From: an uncultured Candidatus Saccharibacteria bacterium
GTDB lineage: Bacteria > Patescibacteriota > Saccharimonadia > Saccharimonadales > 2-12-FULL-41-12
DNA: 64,000 nt
NCBI GenBank assembly: GCA_964573095.1
Contig: CAZNIK010000001.1
Span: forward strand, 381,159-445,158
Reading direction: 5' to 3'
The position numbers and the translations under genes were made by a program. Positions 1 through 11,671 of the stretch are shown here, piece after piece. Below the pieces are notes generated by a model. That model saw only the letters and a program-made list of their open reading frames with translations, was not told the origin of the DNA and made no database searches. Position 1 is the stretch's first letter. The number at the start of each line of letters is the position of its first letter.

Positions 1-1030
<1,030 letters not shown>

Positions 1031-1882
1031 TTATACCTTCACATTCCTCATGCCGTTAATAATCTCCTTGAGGCGCTCGTCTTTGACTGCACGCTTGCTT
1101 CGACTTAGTTGCAGTTTGATCTCACCGAGCGATTCATCAGCGTTTTGGTGCGAGGCTGACATTGCCCTAAACCGGCTGGCGTACTGCGCGAGCTTTGAGT
1201 CAAGGATAAGTTGGCTCAGCGCAATCTCAGTCATTGACCGCTCCAAATGATCAACCACGATAAAGGGGCTGGGTTCAAAAATATACGTCTTTTCGCTGAT
1301 AACTTCATCGGTTTTTTCGGCACTGGCGCCTTGCTCGGCAACAGCTTTGTTGAGCTGAATGCGCTTTACGTCTTGCACCATGAGGGAGACGTACTCTTGG
1401 TAGAACACGCTTGTGTCGCGATATTTTTGAACATACTTAATTATTGGTTCGACGTTAATATTCTCGTCTTTTTCGGGCAGCTTAAAGTATTTTTTAAATG
1501 CAATACCTTTTTGAGCCAACTGAACCGCACCATGATGTCCAATGACAATAATGTCATTTTTTTCTGCGTCAAAACTTTTTAGCATCCAACTGATTAGCTT
1601 TTGGTCAATATCACCACTAAATCCGCCCTCAGCTGTTATCACAATAAACAGCTCTTTGTTGATAAGATCTTTTGCATGGTCACCGCGACCATACCGAAAT
1701 AAACTGTCCACCCGAAGTTGGGTGTAAATACCCCACAGCTCGTCAAAAAACTCAGTCGCCTGCAACACCTGGTTCTTGATTCTGGCGATACGCATACTGG
1801 CGATACCTTCAAACACACTACTAATCTCAACCATTGTCCCCATGGACAGCATTTGTTTTTCGATTTCTTGGACGCGCTTCAT
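1031..1882 (-). CDS. atpG: F1Fo ATP synthase gamma subunit
   Basis: 283-aa ORF between atpA and atpD with an ATGA overlap to the atpA stop. Gamma-like C-terminal helix [39 protein letters not shown]. Confidence 0.85.
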   Translation of the reverse strand: MKRVQEIEKQMLSMGTMVEISSVFEGIASMRIARIKNQVLQATEFFDELWGIYTQLRVDSLFRYGRGDHAKDLINKELFIVITAEGGFSGDIDQKLISWMLKSFDAEKNDIIVIGHHGAVQLAQKGIAFKKYFKLPEKDENINVEPIIKYVQKYRDTSVFYQEYVSLMVQDVKRIQLNKAVAEQGASAEKTDEVISEKTYIFEPSPFIVVDHLERSMTEIALSQLILDSKLAQYASRFRAMSASHQNADESLGEIKLQLSRSKRAVKDERLKEIINGMRNVKV

Positions 1883-3306
1883 ACCTTAAGCTCCACCAAT
1901 GACTTCGCTTTTAGCTCGTCTCTCACCTGGTCAAAATCTTCATCTTTGGTTATCTTTGGGGCATATTCGTGCACGTTGTTTTTTAAAGCTTCGGTATCAA
2001 TCTTTTCTCCCTCAGCGGCGTTTAGAACAATGTCCAGCATTAGTTGCTGGGAGTACAATGAATAAATATCCGTTGGCCCCTGGTTTAGCACCACAAATAC
2101 ATTCTTGCCTTTTTCAAGCACAGTTTTTGACTCTAGCGCCAACTCTGACCCAAAGTGAGAAAACTCTTCGGCTTGACGATATTCTGCCAGCAACTTCAGA
2201 GTTTGGGCCGCAAGCGCTTTTTGGCGTTTATTATGACCAACCCCACCCACACGTGTCACGCTCAGTCCAGTGTTTACTGCCGGACGAATTCCACTTCTAA
2301 ATAAATCCATATCCAGGATCCATTGGCCGTCAGTGATTGACATAATGTTTGTCGGCAAGAACGCGGTGATATCACCACCAGCCGCAAGCACCACAGGCAC
2401 TGATGTGAGGCAGCTGCCATTCTTTGCCAGCCGACCCGCCCGCTCGAGTAAGCTAGAGTGCGCATAGAACATATCGCCGGGATACGAGTCCCTGCCTGGA
2501 CTGGTTCCAGAAAGCAACGCAACTTCTCGATAGGCATGGGCATGACTTGTCAGATCGTCGTAGATAATAATCGTGTCTTGGTTTTTTTCTTGCCAAAGAT
2601 ACTCGGCCATAGAACAGGCCACGTACGGCGCAAGGTAACTCATGATCAGTGACTCGAACATCGTAGAGACTACCACGATTGCAGTATCTAGCGCCTTGGT
2701 AGATTCTAGACGATTCAAAAGTGCATCGACGTCACTCCGTCTTTTGGCGATAAGGCAATAGACCACAATTTGATCGGTGTTCTTTTGATTAATCGTAAGC
2801 TGTGTGACCAGACTACTCTTACCCGATTTACTGTCGCCAAGAAGTGCAAGTCGCTGGCCTCTTACTATTGGAAAAATTGCATCAATCGCAGTTACGCCAC
2901 TTTCCAGCTGGGTATCAAGGAGTTTTCGTTCGTACAGCGGGGGCGCTGTATTAAACACTGTCCAGGTGCTGTCCGCGGTAATTGGTCCTTTCCCATCCAA
3001 GGGATCACCAGTCACCGAAACTACCCGACCGACAAAATTCATCCCAACCTTACACACCAACTTATCGTGTTGCACAACTGCCAGCGTCCCGACTGGCAAG
3101 CTTGCAGTGCCAAGATGCAATACCATCACATCATCTTCTGTTACATGCTGCACAAAGCCTTTGGAACCATCCTCGAACATAATCAAGGCATGCACATTTA
3201 CGGGGTGAAGCCCTTTGACCTTTATTAAAAACTTGTCAACGGCGATGACTTCTCCAACCGGGTGACCATTATTTACAAACTGCTGAAAGTGCTGTGTTTC
3301 GCTCAT
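1879..3306 (-). CDS. atpA: F1Fo ATP synthase alpha subunit
   Basis: 475 aa. P-loop GDSKSGKSS and alpha-type conserved blocks ([40 protein letters not shown]). Sits in operon context. Confidence 0.95.
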   Translation of the reverse strand: MSETQHFQQFVNNGHPVGEVIAVDKFLIKVKGLHPVNVHALIMFEDGSKGFVQHVTEDDVMVLHLGTASLPVGTLAVVQHDKLVCKVGMNFVGRVVSVTGDPLDGKGPITADSTWTVFNTAPPLYERKLLDTQLESGVTAIDAIFPIVRGQRLALLGDSKSGKSSLVTQLTINQKNTDQIVVYCLIAKRRSDVDALLNRLESTKALDTAIVVVSTMFESLIMSYLAPYVACSMAEYLWQEKNQDTIIIYDDLTSHAHAYREVALLSGTSPGRDSYPGDMFYAHSSLLERAGRLAKNGSCLTSVPVVLAAGGDITAFLPTNIMSITDGQWILDMDLFRSGIRPAVNTGLSVTRVGGVGHNKRQKALAAQTLKLLAEYRQAEEFSHFGSELALESKTVLEKGKNVFVVLNQGPTDIYSLYSQQLMLDIVLNAAEGEKIDTEALKNNVHEYAPKITKDEDFDQVRDELKAKSLVELKV

Positions 3307-3800
3307 CGACCAACCTCAGACAGCTTCTCTACCAATACTGGGCGTTTTTCAATAAATCTATTTCTTAGACTAAAATCAAAGTACTTATTTGTTGTCCTCA
3401 CCACACAACCAGCCGTAACTGTTGGCTGAAGCCCAATTTCGACAAGCACTATCGGGCTGATATTTTTCCTCATCCACGTTACGAGATTTCGGACAAAATT
3501 ACTCGAGGGCTCGGTGGCAAAACTAATGTGAATTATTGGAGCTCGGTCGTGAAAGACTTTCAGCAGTTCAACCAATTGTTCGCGTTGCGTTCCGTCGAGC
3601 AAAGAGACCTTATTGAGGCTTGCCAACTCTTCGAGTACTTTTGAAGTTTTTGGCAACTGCACATTGCTGCCAGGCGCCCGAATGGTTGCTTGATGGAGCG
3701 ACTCATGAAGATCACTCAACTCACGAATTAATCGAGCCAGGTCGGTTGCCCCGGCTAGCTGATCTGGAAAAAGAATCGATTTTTTTTCTTCGTGCTTCAC
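3303..3800 (-). CDS. atpH: F1Fo ATP synthase delta (OSCP) subunit
   Basis: 165 aa with a 4-nt overlap to atpA. OSCP-like C-terminus ([21 protein letters not shown]), located between atpF and atpA. Confidence 0.7.
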   Translation of the reverse strand: MKHEEKKSILFPDQLAGATDLARLIRELSDLHESLHQATIRAPGSNVQLPKTSKVLEELASLNKVSLLDGTQREQLVELLKVFHDRAPIIHISFATEPSSNFVRNLVTWMRKNISPIVLVEIGLQPTVTAGCVVRTTNKYFDFSLRNRFIEKRPVLVEKLSEVGR

Positions 3801-3828
3801 AAGCTTTCGTCTTCTTTGATTATGATAA

Positions 3829-4443
3829 TTACGTTCCCCTGGTAATGTCCTCGATGATTGCTTTTTTATTCTCTTCTAACTCTCCGAGAATGTACTCAAG
3901 CTGATCATCGAGACTAATCTGATTACCAATAGCTGCCAAGACGTAATGGTTTACAACATCGGCCATGTTGTCATGAAAGCGCCCAAGAACCCGCTCTTTT
4001 TCAGCAGCAATTTCTTTTTGGAGCTGTTGGCTCATCATTTCCCGTTGTTCCTCAACCGCGGACTGGGTTTTTTGAATTGACTCCAGCGCCATATCCTTGG
4101 CATCACTTATCGAAGATTCATACTTCTCAAAAGCATCCTTGAGTGTTTTGGTAATTTCCTGTTTCATAAACGAGTTAATCTCAGAGGTGGTGAGACGCAT
4201 ATCTTGTTGCAAAAACATCGCGTTTTCGCCGATGATCTTTTCAAAATGAAGCCGCCCCCTATTTCGAAGCTCCTCTCGAAACTCATCGTTAAATATATGC
4301 TCGACGTCTCGCTCGGCAAGATTACTGTAGTCTGGATCTTCCTGTTTACTCGGGTTACCTACTTTGAGTGCGACCCAAATGAACGCGACAGTTGACGCCA
4401 ACAAAGAGGCGATTATTATCCCCGTTTGTAGCCACGACTCCAT
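3829..4443 (-). CDS. atpF: putative F1Fo ATP synthase b subunit
   Basis: 204 aa with one N-terminal TM helix followed by a long charged coiled coil, sitting immediately upstream of atpH. The sequence is divergent, so the call rests on position and architecture. Confidence 0.5.
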   Translation of the reverse strand: MESWLQTGIIIASLLASTVAFIWVALKVGNPSKQEDPDYSNLAERDVEHIFNDEFREELRNRGRLHFEKIIGENAMFLQQDMRLTTSEINSFMKQEITKTLKDAFEKYESSISDAKDMALESIQKTQSAVEEQREMMSQQLQKEIAAEKERVLGRFHDNMADVVNHYVLAAIGNQISLDDQLEYILGELEENKKAIIEDITRGT

Positions 4444-4472
4444 CTATGTTTTTCCCACCCGCTTACTTATTG

Positions 4473-5321
4473 CTAAAGCTTTAGTAGTAAATATACCCCA
4501 AAAAGCCCTGTTATGAAAATGATTAACCCCATTAATATTATTTGTATCAAGCCTTTATAAATGGTTTTTTTTGATAAAGGATTGCGCCCAATGGAAATCA
4601 AGGTGTTCCTAACGCCGCTATAAAGAATCACACCCGTAATTATCGCCGTTGCCAAAAACACTGTTGCCGCGAGGTATACTCGAATCGAGCTCACCGGCTT
4701 ATCGGCAACCGCAGCACCTACTTTTTTGAGGAAGCTTGGCACATCACTGCCTTCGGCCGTTTTCACAAGTGGATTTCGGTTAATCGAAATTGCGACTTGT
4801 ACTCGGCCAAAATGAATCGCTCGCCCCGAGCTCGATTGGGTGGTGCCGATGCTGTCTTCTTTTCCTTCGAACTTGTTAAGAGCCCGGCCAAGAATAATGC
4901 TTTGTTCTTCTCCAACTTTCATCCCTACACCAGCGAGAGAAGAAATACTAATATAATCTCCTGGTTGAATAGCGCCATTTTCATCACTTACTAACACATC
5001 GTTATTGCCAGCCGTCGACACAAACACCTTTTCTTTGTCACTACTTAGAGTAATTGGAGAATCATTTGCCTCGACCACAACCCCCTTTAGTCGATCCAGG
5101 GAGTCTTTGTTGATTGCTTCTACCTTATTGGGGTCATCTCTTCTTACTGCGACCATCATGCCACGTTGCAACTTCTGGTCAGACCCGTAACCTTTTGTCA
5201 CAGACTGTGCCGAAAGAGGACTGGTAAGGCTCAAGATGATCAAAAACAACAATCCAGCACCAGCGAAGAGACGCTGTCTAGGAAGCAGGTTACGAATTGA
5301 GTAGATGTTTATTTTTGCCAT
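4473..5321 (-). CDS. hypothetical secreted/membrane protein
   Basis: ORF 4473..5435 trimmed to the internal ATG at 5321 (MAKINIYSIRNLL...). This gives a signal-like N-terminus (LFLIILSLTSPLSAQS) and removes the overlap with the upstream desulfurase gene. Two C-terminal TM helices. No family recognised. Confidence 0.5.
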   Translation of the reverse strand: MAKINIYSIRNLLPRQRLFAGAGLLFLIILSLTSPLSAQSVTKGYGSDQKLQRGMMVAVRRDDPNKVEAINKDSLDRLKGVVVEANDSPITLSSDKEKVFVSTAGNNDVLVSDENGAIQPGDYISISSLAGVGMKVGEEQSIILGRALNKFEGKEDSIGTTQSSSGRAIHFGRVQVAISINRNPLVKTAEGSDVPSFLKKVGAAVADKPVSSIRVYLAATVFLATAIITGVILYSGVRNTLISIGRNPLSKKTIYKGLIQIILMGLIIFITGLFGVYLLLKL

Positions 5322-5370
5322 GGTCGAAAGGTGTTTCAGCCAATGTTGCGCACGTGGCACTAGTATACCT

Positions 5371-6540
5371 CTAGTGCTTCTCCGCAAGCAAGCTTTTTGA
5401 AGCGACCTTACGAAGTTGGTCAACGAATACATCAAGGTCGCTTTTTGTGGTTGCTCGGCCCATGCTTACCCGAATCGAACCTCGAATTTCTCGGTTGCTG
5501 CAGCCGATGGCTGTAAGTACGTGCGAAGGCTGTTCGTCGCTTTCGCTGCACGCCGATCCAGTTGCAACCCATATTCCTTCTTGATCGAGAGCCATCTGGA
5601 GACGTTCGTTATCATACCCGGGAAGCGAAAAGTTCAAATTATTTGGCAGACGGTGTTTCATCGACCCGTTTAGTTGCAGTGCTGGGAATGCCGATTTCAA
5701 TTGTTGGACGAGGTGTTTTTGTAGGCTAGAAAGTCGTCTCGCCTCAGCTTCCCTAATAGCTTGAGCTGTAGTTAGTGCAGCGCAAAACCCGAGGACCCCG
5801 GGGACGTTTTCTGTGCCGCTGCGCAATCCATTTTCTTGCCCACCGCCCTGTAGGAGGGGAGTCAGTTCTACCCCCGAACGGACAAACAGCGCACCGCTCT
5901 GTTTTGGGCCATATATCTTTCCGCCGTTAAGACTCATCAAATCGACTCCAAGTCGATGGGCTTGAAGCTGAAGGTAATTCGCAGACTGCGCCGCGTCGGT
6001 ATGCAAATACAGTGGAGTTTTGTTGCCGACCTTTCGTCGTGCAACCCTAATTTCTTCAAGCGCGTGGGCGATTTTTCTAAGTGGCTGAATGGTGCCAATC
6101 TCATTGTTGGCGTGCTGCACACTTACCAAAGATGTTGAATCATTAATGCGCTTCAACACTTCTCGGGCTTGCACAATGCCACTTTTGTCAACCGGCGCAA
6201 ATTGATGTTGATATCGTTTTGCAGGATAAAGTACAGAATGGTGTTCAATTTCTGAGACAACAATGTTCGTCTTTGGAAGCTTTTGTAACACGCCATGAAT
6301 CGCAATATTATTTGCCTCTGTGCAGCCAGCAGTAAAGATAACTTCTTTCGGTTTTACGCCAAGCGTTGCCGCAACTGTTTGACGAGCGTGTTCGAGGGTC
6401 GCCTTCGTTCGCCTTGCAGGGCTGTATTCTGCTGATGGGTTATAGAAATCCACCGAAAAATACGGTTGCATCACGGCAAAAACATCTTCCGCAACCGGCG
6501 TGGCGGATGCATAGTCCAAATAAATGCTCTGTTGCTTCAT
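5371..6540 (-). CDS. cysteine desulfurase (class V aminotransferase, NifS/IscS-like)
   Basis: IYLDYASATP N-terminus, PLP-lysine region LNGGKIYGPKQSGALF and active-site loop ATGSACSE. Start placed at MKQQSIY (6540). A GTG at 6573 is an alternative start. Confidence 0.85.
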   Translation of the reverse strand: MKQQSIYLDYASATPVAEDVFAVMQPYFSVDFYNPSAEYSPARRTKATLEHARQTVAATLGVKPKEVIFTAGCTEANNIAIHGVLQKLPKTNIVVSEIEHHSVLYPAKRYQHQFAPVDKSGIVQAREVLKRINDSTSLVSVQHANNEIGTIQPLRKIAHALEEIRVARRKVGNKTPLYLHTDAAQSANYLQLQAHRLGVDLMSLNGGKIYGPKQSGALFVRSGVELTPLLQGGGQENGLRSGTENVPGVLGFCAALTTAQAIREAEARRLSSLQKHLVQQLKSAFPALQLNGSMKHRLPNNLNFSLPGYDNERLQMALDQEGIWVATGSACSESDEQPSHVLTAIGCSNREIRGSIRVSMGRATTKSDLDVFVDQLRKVASKSLLAEKH

Positions 6541-6611
6541 CCTAATAAAATAATTATAGTCTGTATCCGTCACACCAGTCTATCGCTTGTGCGCAATTGT
6601 GAAAAAGATGA

Positions 6612-7385
6612 TTAAATTCCAAACAACTCTTGGGCGTTCATTGTTGTGCGCTTGGCAATCTGTTCCAGCGGCTCACCTCGCAGCTGAGACAAAAATTCGG
6701 CAACAAGTTTTACATACTCTGGCTTACAGACTTTACCTCGAAAGGGTTTTGGGGTTAAGAAGGGAGCGTCGGTTTCAAGCAGAAGCCTATCCAAAGGAAT
6801 TCTTTTGGCTGCTTCAAGCTGATCATCGTCTTTCGTAAAGGTCATTATTCCGTTTACGCCAACGTAGAGATTCCTGGCAAGCACTTGATCGAGAACACCG
6901 CCGTTCGACGAGAAGCTATGCACCACGCCATTTATTCCGCCGAAATTATCAACAATCGGCCAAAAATCCTCAAACGCATCTCGAACATGAAACACCACCG
7001 GCAGATTGTGTTTTTTCGCGACACCAAGCTGCCATTCGAGCAAGTTCCGCTGGCTGGACTTATCGGAGTGCTGATAATAGTAGTCGAGACCCGTTTCGCC
7101 AATCGCAACGATTTTATCGTCGTCTTTCTGAGAAAGTAATCTTTCAAATTTTTGGAGATTGGCTTCATCCGACAAAAATTCGTTGGCTTCGTGAGGATGA
7201 ATACCGATACTCGCCCATACTCCCTCGTGCGCTTTGGCAAATGAAATCGCGCCCTCACTATCATCAAGTCGACACCCTACGGCTAGCAGCTTGTTTACTC
7301 CATGCTGCTTTGAAGATTGCCACACTTCTTCCGCATCAAGTCCATACGAAGAAAAATGAATGTGGGCATGTGTATCTACGAGCAT
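6612..7385 (-). CDS. tatD: TatD-family metal-dependent hydrolase/DNase
   Basis: MLVDTHAHIHF start with HxH. The 257-aa length and ETDAPFLTP motif are typical of TatD. Confidence 0.9.
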   Translation of the reverse strand: MLVDTHAHIHFSSYGLDAEEVWQSSKQHGVNKLLAVGCRLDDSEGAISFAKAHEGVWASIGIHPHEANEFLSDEANLQKFERLLSQKDDDKIVAIGETGLDYYYQHSDKSSQRNLLEWQLGVAKKHNLPVVFHVRDAFEDFWPIVDNFGGINGVVHSFSSNGGVLDQVLARNLYVGVNGIMTFTKDDDQLEAAKRIPLDRLLLETDAPFLTPKPFRGKVCKPEYVKLVAEFLSQLRGEPLEQIAKRTTMNAQELFGI

Positions 7386-7434
7386 TACTAGGCTATCATT
7401 ATGCCATATATCAGTGATACGATGCGTAAAGCGT

Positions 7435-8286
7435 ATGACTCATTTTTCATCTGTTTGGAATGCCGCAAAACACACCGCCGTATCTAAAGGCTTAAAAATT
7501 ATTGAACATGGCTGGGAGCAACACGTCATCATTGACGAGACCCGCTCGATCGTCTATCGATATCCCAGAAACCAAAATGCTGCAAATAAGCTACTCGATG
7601 AGGTAGCCGTACTCAAGGGGCTACACACACTGCGCTGGGATACCTCTATTCCGAAGATTATTGAGCACCACCAACAATATTCCTCCTACCACTATATTCC
7701 TGGTGATGTGCTCAACCACAAAACGCTGTCGCATCTTCACCCCTCCGACCTTGATGCAATTGGCAACGAGTTGGGCATATTTCTCGCCACGCTGCACGCA
7801 GCGCCCCACAAAATTGTTGCGGCAAAGAAAACAAAACAAGCCATGAGCCTCCTCGAGTATTATCAAAAACGCATTGAAGGAAACGTCAAAACCCCACACT
7901 TCTCGCGGGCAAAATCAAGACTCGATCAACTTCTGTCGCGTTTTGCAGCCTCCCACGAATGGGTAGTTGTCCACGGCGATCTCCATGGATTAAATATTGT
8001 AGTACACACGAATCCCGGCCAGCTAGCGGGGGTTATTGATTTCAGCGAGGTTGAGCTTGGTGATCCGCATCAAGACTTTAGAAAGTTGTTCATGGTCAAC
8101 GAAAAATTGCTCGAATCGGCTCTCAAAAACTACCAAACGGTGACTTCAAAACGCCTTGATATCGAGACTGTTCGCCTCTGGGCATACGTCAACGAGTGGG
8201 CAAACATGTGTCACTTCTCAGATCAAGAGGGCAATGAAACCTTCAAGCGGGCCCTTTACCACCTCAAAAAATGGGGTGAGATTTAA
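7435..8286 (+). CDS. aminoglycoside/choline-kinase-like phosphotransferase (APH family)
   Basis: Catalytic-loop motif VVHGDLHGLNIVV and the DFSEVELGDPHQDF motif. Start moved to the ATG at 7435 to avoid overlapping the divergent tatD start. Confidence 0.7.
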   Translation: MTHFSSVWNAAKHTAVSKGLKIIEHGWEQHVIIDETRSIVYRYPRNQNAANKLLDEVAVLKGLHTLRWDTSIPKIIEHHQQYSSYHYIPGDVLNHKTLSHLHPSDLDAIGNELGIFLATLHAAPHKIVAAKKTKQAMSLLEYYQKRIEGNVKTPHFSRAKSRLDQLLSRFAASHEWVVVHGDLHGLNIVVHTNPGQLAGVIDFSEVELGDPHQDFRKLFMVNEKLLESALKNYQTVTSKRLDIETVRLWAYVNEWANMCHFSDQEGNETFKRALYHLKKWGEI

Positions 8287-9770
8287 GCCGTGGCAACCTC
8301 TTCGGATGTTGGCACAGAACTCTCTTCTTTCGGAAAAAGGGTTGTTTCAATTTTTTGAACCACGCCTGTCCCAAAAATATGGACAATTTTTTGAGAAGTT
8401 GTCGGCATAAATGGCTCAAGCAGTTCGGCAATCTCGATCAAACAACTCGCCATGTAGGCAAGCACTTCTCTTAAGTGGTCGCCGTCGTGGTTTTTTGCGA
8501 GCGCCCACGGCTTTTCCTCTTCAATATACTGATTAAGTCCCCGAACCTGCTGCCAGACGGTCTCGAGCGCCCTGTCAAACCGGCAGTGTTCTATGGCTTT
8601 TTCGTAGGCGGCAATATCGTGCTCCGAAGGCGGCATATCGCCAATAATACCTTGTTGATACTTGATTATCATCGCCGAGGTGCGGCTCACTGCGTTGCCC
8701 AGCTCGTTCGCGAGCTCATTGTTATAGACCTCTTCAAGTCGTTCCCAAGAAAATTCGCCATCTGAATAGCTAGGAATATGGCGCAAAAAATAATAGCGAA
8801 ACGCGTCAACGCCGTACTTGCTAATAATGTCATCTGGGCTCACCACGTTTCCCAAACTCTTACTCATTTTTTGTCCGTCGCTCATATTGATAAAACCGTG
8901 AATATAGAGCTTGTTTGGCAATGCAATCTCTAAGCCCATCAGTATCGCTGGCCAAATGATGGCATGAAAACGAGCAATATCTTTGCCAACAATCTGCACA
9001 TTGGCTGGCCAAAATTCCTTAAAATCGGAGTGTTCTGGGTAGCCAAGAACCGTCACGTAGTTCATAAGAGCTTCGAACCACACATACATCACTTGGGTGT
9101 TGTCGCCAGGCACAGGTATGCCCCACGAGATTTTTTCTTTTGGGCGACTAATACTGATATCTTCCAAGCCCTCATGCAATGTCCCGAGTATTTCGTTCTT
9201 TTTGGTTTGTGGAATAACTTGAAATTCTCCAGAGTCGATCGCCTTTTTGATTTGCTCAGCAAAATGCGTCAACTTAAAGAAGTAGTTATCTTCAGACAAT
9301 CTCTCGTAGGGTTTATCATGATTTGGGCACACACCGTTGTGTTCTTTGGCAGTTGCATCCGTCACAAAAGCCTCACAGCCCGTGCAATACCAACCCTCAT
9401 AAGTTGCTTTATAAATGTAGTCTTTCAAGGCCTGCCAAATCAGACCCGCCCGCTGTTCGTGACCTGGGTCGGTCGTACGAATAAATCGATCGTTACTGAG
9501 TTGGAGTTGCTCAGCAAGACGGCGAAACGAGTCACTCATTTTGTCAGCTAGTGCTTTCGGTGCGAGCCCCAGCTCAGCAGCCTTTTCTGCGACTTTACCA
9601 CCATGCTCATCGGTTCCAATACTAAAAATTACCTTGTGATAATTTTTGCTGCTTCGGGCGCTACGCGCCAGCACATCACCCATCACAAACTCCATGGCAT
9701 GTCCAAGATGCGGCTCGCCATTAATGTAGGGGATAGACGTGGTTACATAGTAGTTTTTCTGAGCACTCAT
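8283..9770 (-). CDS. metG: methionyl-tRNA synthetase
   Basis: Class I motifs PHLGHA (HIGH) and KMSKS, plus a Zn-knuckle region CTGCEAF...GVCPNH. 495 aa. Confidence 0.95.
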   Translation of the reverse strand: MSAQKNYYVTTSIPYINGEPHLGHAMEFVMGDVLARSARSSKNYHKVIFSIGTDEHGGKVAEKAAELGLAPKALADKMSDSFRRLAEQLQLSNDRFIRTTDPGHEQRAGLIWQALKDYIYKATYEGWYCTGCEAFVTDATAKEHNGVCPNHDKPYERLSEDNYFFKLTHFAEQIKKAIDSGEFQVIPQTKKNEILGTLHEGLEDISISRPKEKISWGIPVPGDNTQVMYVWFEALMNYVTVLGYPEHSDFKEFWPANVQIVGKDIARFHAIIWPAILMGLEIALPNKLYIHGFINMSDGQKMSKSLGNVVSPDDIISKYGVDAFRYYFLRHIPSYSDGEFSWERLEEVYNNELANELGNAVSRTSAMIIKYQQGIIGDMPPSEHDIAAYEKAIEHCRFDRALETVWQQVRGLNQYIEEEKPWALAKNHDGDHLREVLAYMASCLIEIAELLEPFMPTTSQKIVHIFGTGVVQKIETTLFPKEESSVPTSEEVATA

Positions 9771-9935
9771 ACAACTACTAGCCTATCAAACTATCAGACT
9801 ACACACTAGTGAGGTGCCAACAGCCGCACTCACTACATTTATATGGTTTTAGGGCAGTTCCACGCTGGTGATACAAGACCAACGCTTGAGCTTTTGCTTC
9901 GTGCTCGGTTCCGAATTTGAGCTTCCCGCTGCACT

Positions 9936-10997
9936 TCATGTCTTTAGCGTCTTTTTGGCAGAACGTTTTGCCTCGAGCACCGAATGCGAAATTGCAAGAC
10001 TAATAACGACCACACCAGCCAGCCCCGTTACATATTCTGGAATATGGTATTTTAGCGACAGCAGCATAAACACCGACAGTAACCCGATGGCATAATGCGC
10101 CCCGTGCTCCATATATATAAACTTCTCGAGCAGACCTCTTCGTAGCATATGAATCGTTATGGTTCGCACATACAACGCCCCAATGCCAAGACCAGTAGTA
10201 ATAAGCAGTACGTTGGTGGTGATCGCAAACGCGCCTATCACCCCATCCAAACTAAAGCTTGCATCAATTATTTCTAGATAAATAAAGCCCAAAAGTCCCG
10301 CCTTAAACGTATGGTGGGTTGCGCTAATGTGCTCGAGCGATCGTGTCGATTTTGATATAAGGGTATCCAAAGAATTGATAATCAAATAGATAACCATGCC
10401 AATTAATCCCGCAACGATTACCGAAATTCTTTCTGGTTCATCAACTAACCTGGAGGCGGCGAGCAGAACGATAAGGGCAGTGATCACATTTAGATTGGTC
10501 AGCTTTCCAGCTTTCTGGAGGATGGACTCTACGGAATTTATCCATTTAGTTTTTCGTGCGGTCGCAAAAAACTCGAGTGCAATCATCAACAAAAACATTC
10601 CTCCAAACGCGGCAATCATTGGCTTTGCATCATTCAGCAAGACACCGTAGGTTGTCGAGTCGTTTAGCGCAAGGTCGACAATTGCCCGAAAACTTTCCCC
10701 GGTCGCCAGAGCGACGATCAGTATCGGAAATACCAGTCGCACTCCAAAAACCGCAATAATAATACCAACAGTAAGGAACAGTTTTTGCCAAACTGGACTC
10801 ATGCGCCGCAAAATTTTGGCATTAATAACAGCGTTATCAAAACTAAACGTTATTTCTAGACCAGCAAGCACGAGGACAAGCAAAAAACCCTTAAGACCTT
10901 GTTGACTTGCCACGTACGCAATAAGACAAAAAGAAATAAGCGTCGAAAGCCAGTAAATTCTAAGCAAAGATGGTTGCTTGGCAAGTTTCTCGTTCAT
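9936..10997 (-). CDS. TerC/DUF475-family integral membrane protein
   Basis: 353 aa and polytopic, with a TFSFDNAVINAKIL motif characteristic of TerC-like proteins. Confidence 0.6.
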   Translation of the reverse strand: MNEKLAKQPSLLRIYWLSTLISFCLIAYVASQQGLKGFLLVLVLAGLEITFSFDNAVINAKILRRMSPVWQKLFLTVGIIIAVFGVRLVFPILIVALATGESFRAIVDLALNDSTTYGVLLNDAKPMIAAFGGMFLLMIALEFFATARKTKWINSVESILQKAGKLTNLNVITALIVLLAASRLVDEPERISVIVAGLIGMVIYLIINSLDTLISKSTRSLEHISATHHTFKAGLLGFIYLEIIDASFSLDGVIGAFAITTNVLLITTGLGIGALYVRTITIHMLRRGLLEKFIYMEHGAHYAIGLLSVFMLLSLKYHIPEYVTGLAGVVVISLAISHSVLEAKRSAKKTLKT

Positions 10998-11122
10998 GAT
11001 AAAAGCCTAGTATAGCCTATTTTTGCATCTTCGCGCTTCACCTAAAGCTACTTATACACTAGACTTTTTTAATTCTTATGTTATAATATTTCTTGAGGCA
11101 TGTGACGAGTCTGCCGAAATTT

Positions 11123-11514
11123 GGGGCTGATTTTAAGCTCGACATTGGACCTTTACAAGTTAGTTTGCAAGCCGCTTGTCAGCGTCATAGACAAACTTTT
11201 TAAATGCAAACGCGTTTAAGAATGTCGCTAGTGCAGTAAAGAGCTTCTTTGCGCCTAGCTACGCATTCGCTGTAGCCTAAGAGCTCGCAGCTGCGAATGG
11301 TGTGACTTCAGATAGCACCATTTCGTATCATATTTTCTGAATAGACTTTTGCATCTGATCTGCCGCATAGTCGAAACTTTTAGATCTGCGAATCAAAGCC
11401 ATTTGGTTGTTTGTTCAGCTTTGATTCTAAGCAAGCGATAAACAACCTAAGCTTGTAGAAGACTAACTACAATAAAGCCGATGGACGCGGGGGCAGAGCC
11501 CGCCAGCTCCACCA
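11123..11514 (+). ncRNA. ssrA: tmRNA (transfer-messenger RNA); 3' end taken as the first CCA
   Basis: 5' GGGGCTGATTTTAAGCTCGAC pairs with 3' CAGCTCC-ACCA, a 7-bp acceptor stem including the G3:U identity pair. Internal tag reading frame is present. T-arm is GCGGG-GGCAGAG-CCCGC. Length of 392 nt is typical. See the finding on the duplicated 3' end. Confidence 0.85.
11206..11280 (+). other. putative tmRNA tag-peptide reading frame (ANAFKNVASAVKSFFAPSYAFAVA*)
   Basis: In-frame GCA resume codon to TAA with a hydrophobic Ala-rich C-terminus (AFAVA), as in proteolysis tags. The resume codon was chosen by eye. Confidence 0.45.
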
Positions 11515-11523
11515 ATAAAAGTA
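11496..11523 (+). repeat. 28-bp direct repeat, copy 1 (ssrA T-loop 3' part through CCA plus 9 nt)
   Basis: GAGCCCGCCAGCTCCACCAATAAAAGTA is identical to 11675..11702. Confidence 0.95.
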
Positions 11524-11552
11524 GCCGAAACACGTTCGGCTGTTTTTATTGG
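11521..11552 (+). terminator. rho-independent terminator after the first ssrA 3' end
   Basis: AGCCGAA-ACACG-TTCGGCT hairpin inside the outer stem CCAATAAAAG / tTTTTATTGG, followed by a T-run. Confidence 0.55.
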
Positions 11553-11671
11553 TAAAGTTAGTCAAGTGGCTCTGCCCGAGAGGGTGAGGATTGCCAGCGA
11601 CAATCCGAAGAATCATTGCTTGGCCGCCTTGCGCAATTGCCTATGGCAATTTTGTCGCAGGCGCAGAATAG
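11553..11671 (+). repeat. hairpin-rich module between the two ssrA 3' ends (divergent member of the tRNA-linked module family)
   Basis: Contains GGCTCTGCCC, the reverse complement of the upstream T-loop GGGCAGAGCC. Also contains GGGTGAG followed by the hairpin GGATTG-CCAGCGA-CAATCC, and the hairpin AATTGCC-TAT-GGCAATT. The motif order matches the tRNA-Glu module. Confidence 0.6.

Noticed and set aside
5322-5435. N-terminal 38-aa extension of the 4473..5435 ORF overlapping the desulfurase 3' end.
   Set aside because: The internal ATG at 5321 yields a proper signal peptide and removes a 65-nt same-strand overlap.
8964-9551. A 195-aa + strand ORF.
   Set aside because: It is antisense to metG, which has HIGH and KMSKS motifs on the minus strand.
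11515-11671. A group I intron or intervening sequence splitting the tmRNA T-loop.
   Set aside because: The segment is too short (about 160-180 nt) and shows no recognisable P3-P8 catalytic core. It begins with a complete CCA end and a terminator. Any splice joining the flanks would give a 6-nt or G-initiated T-loop. The att-type duplication reading is simpler, though not proven.
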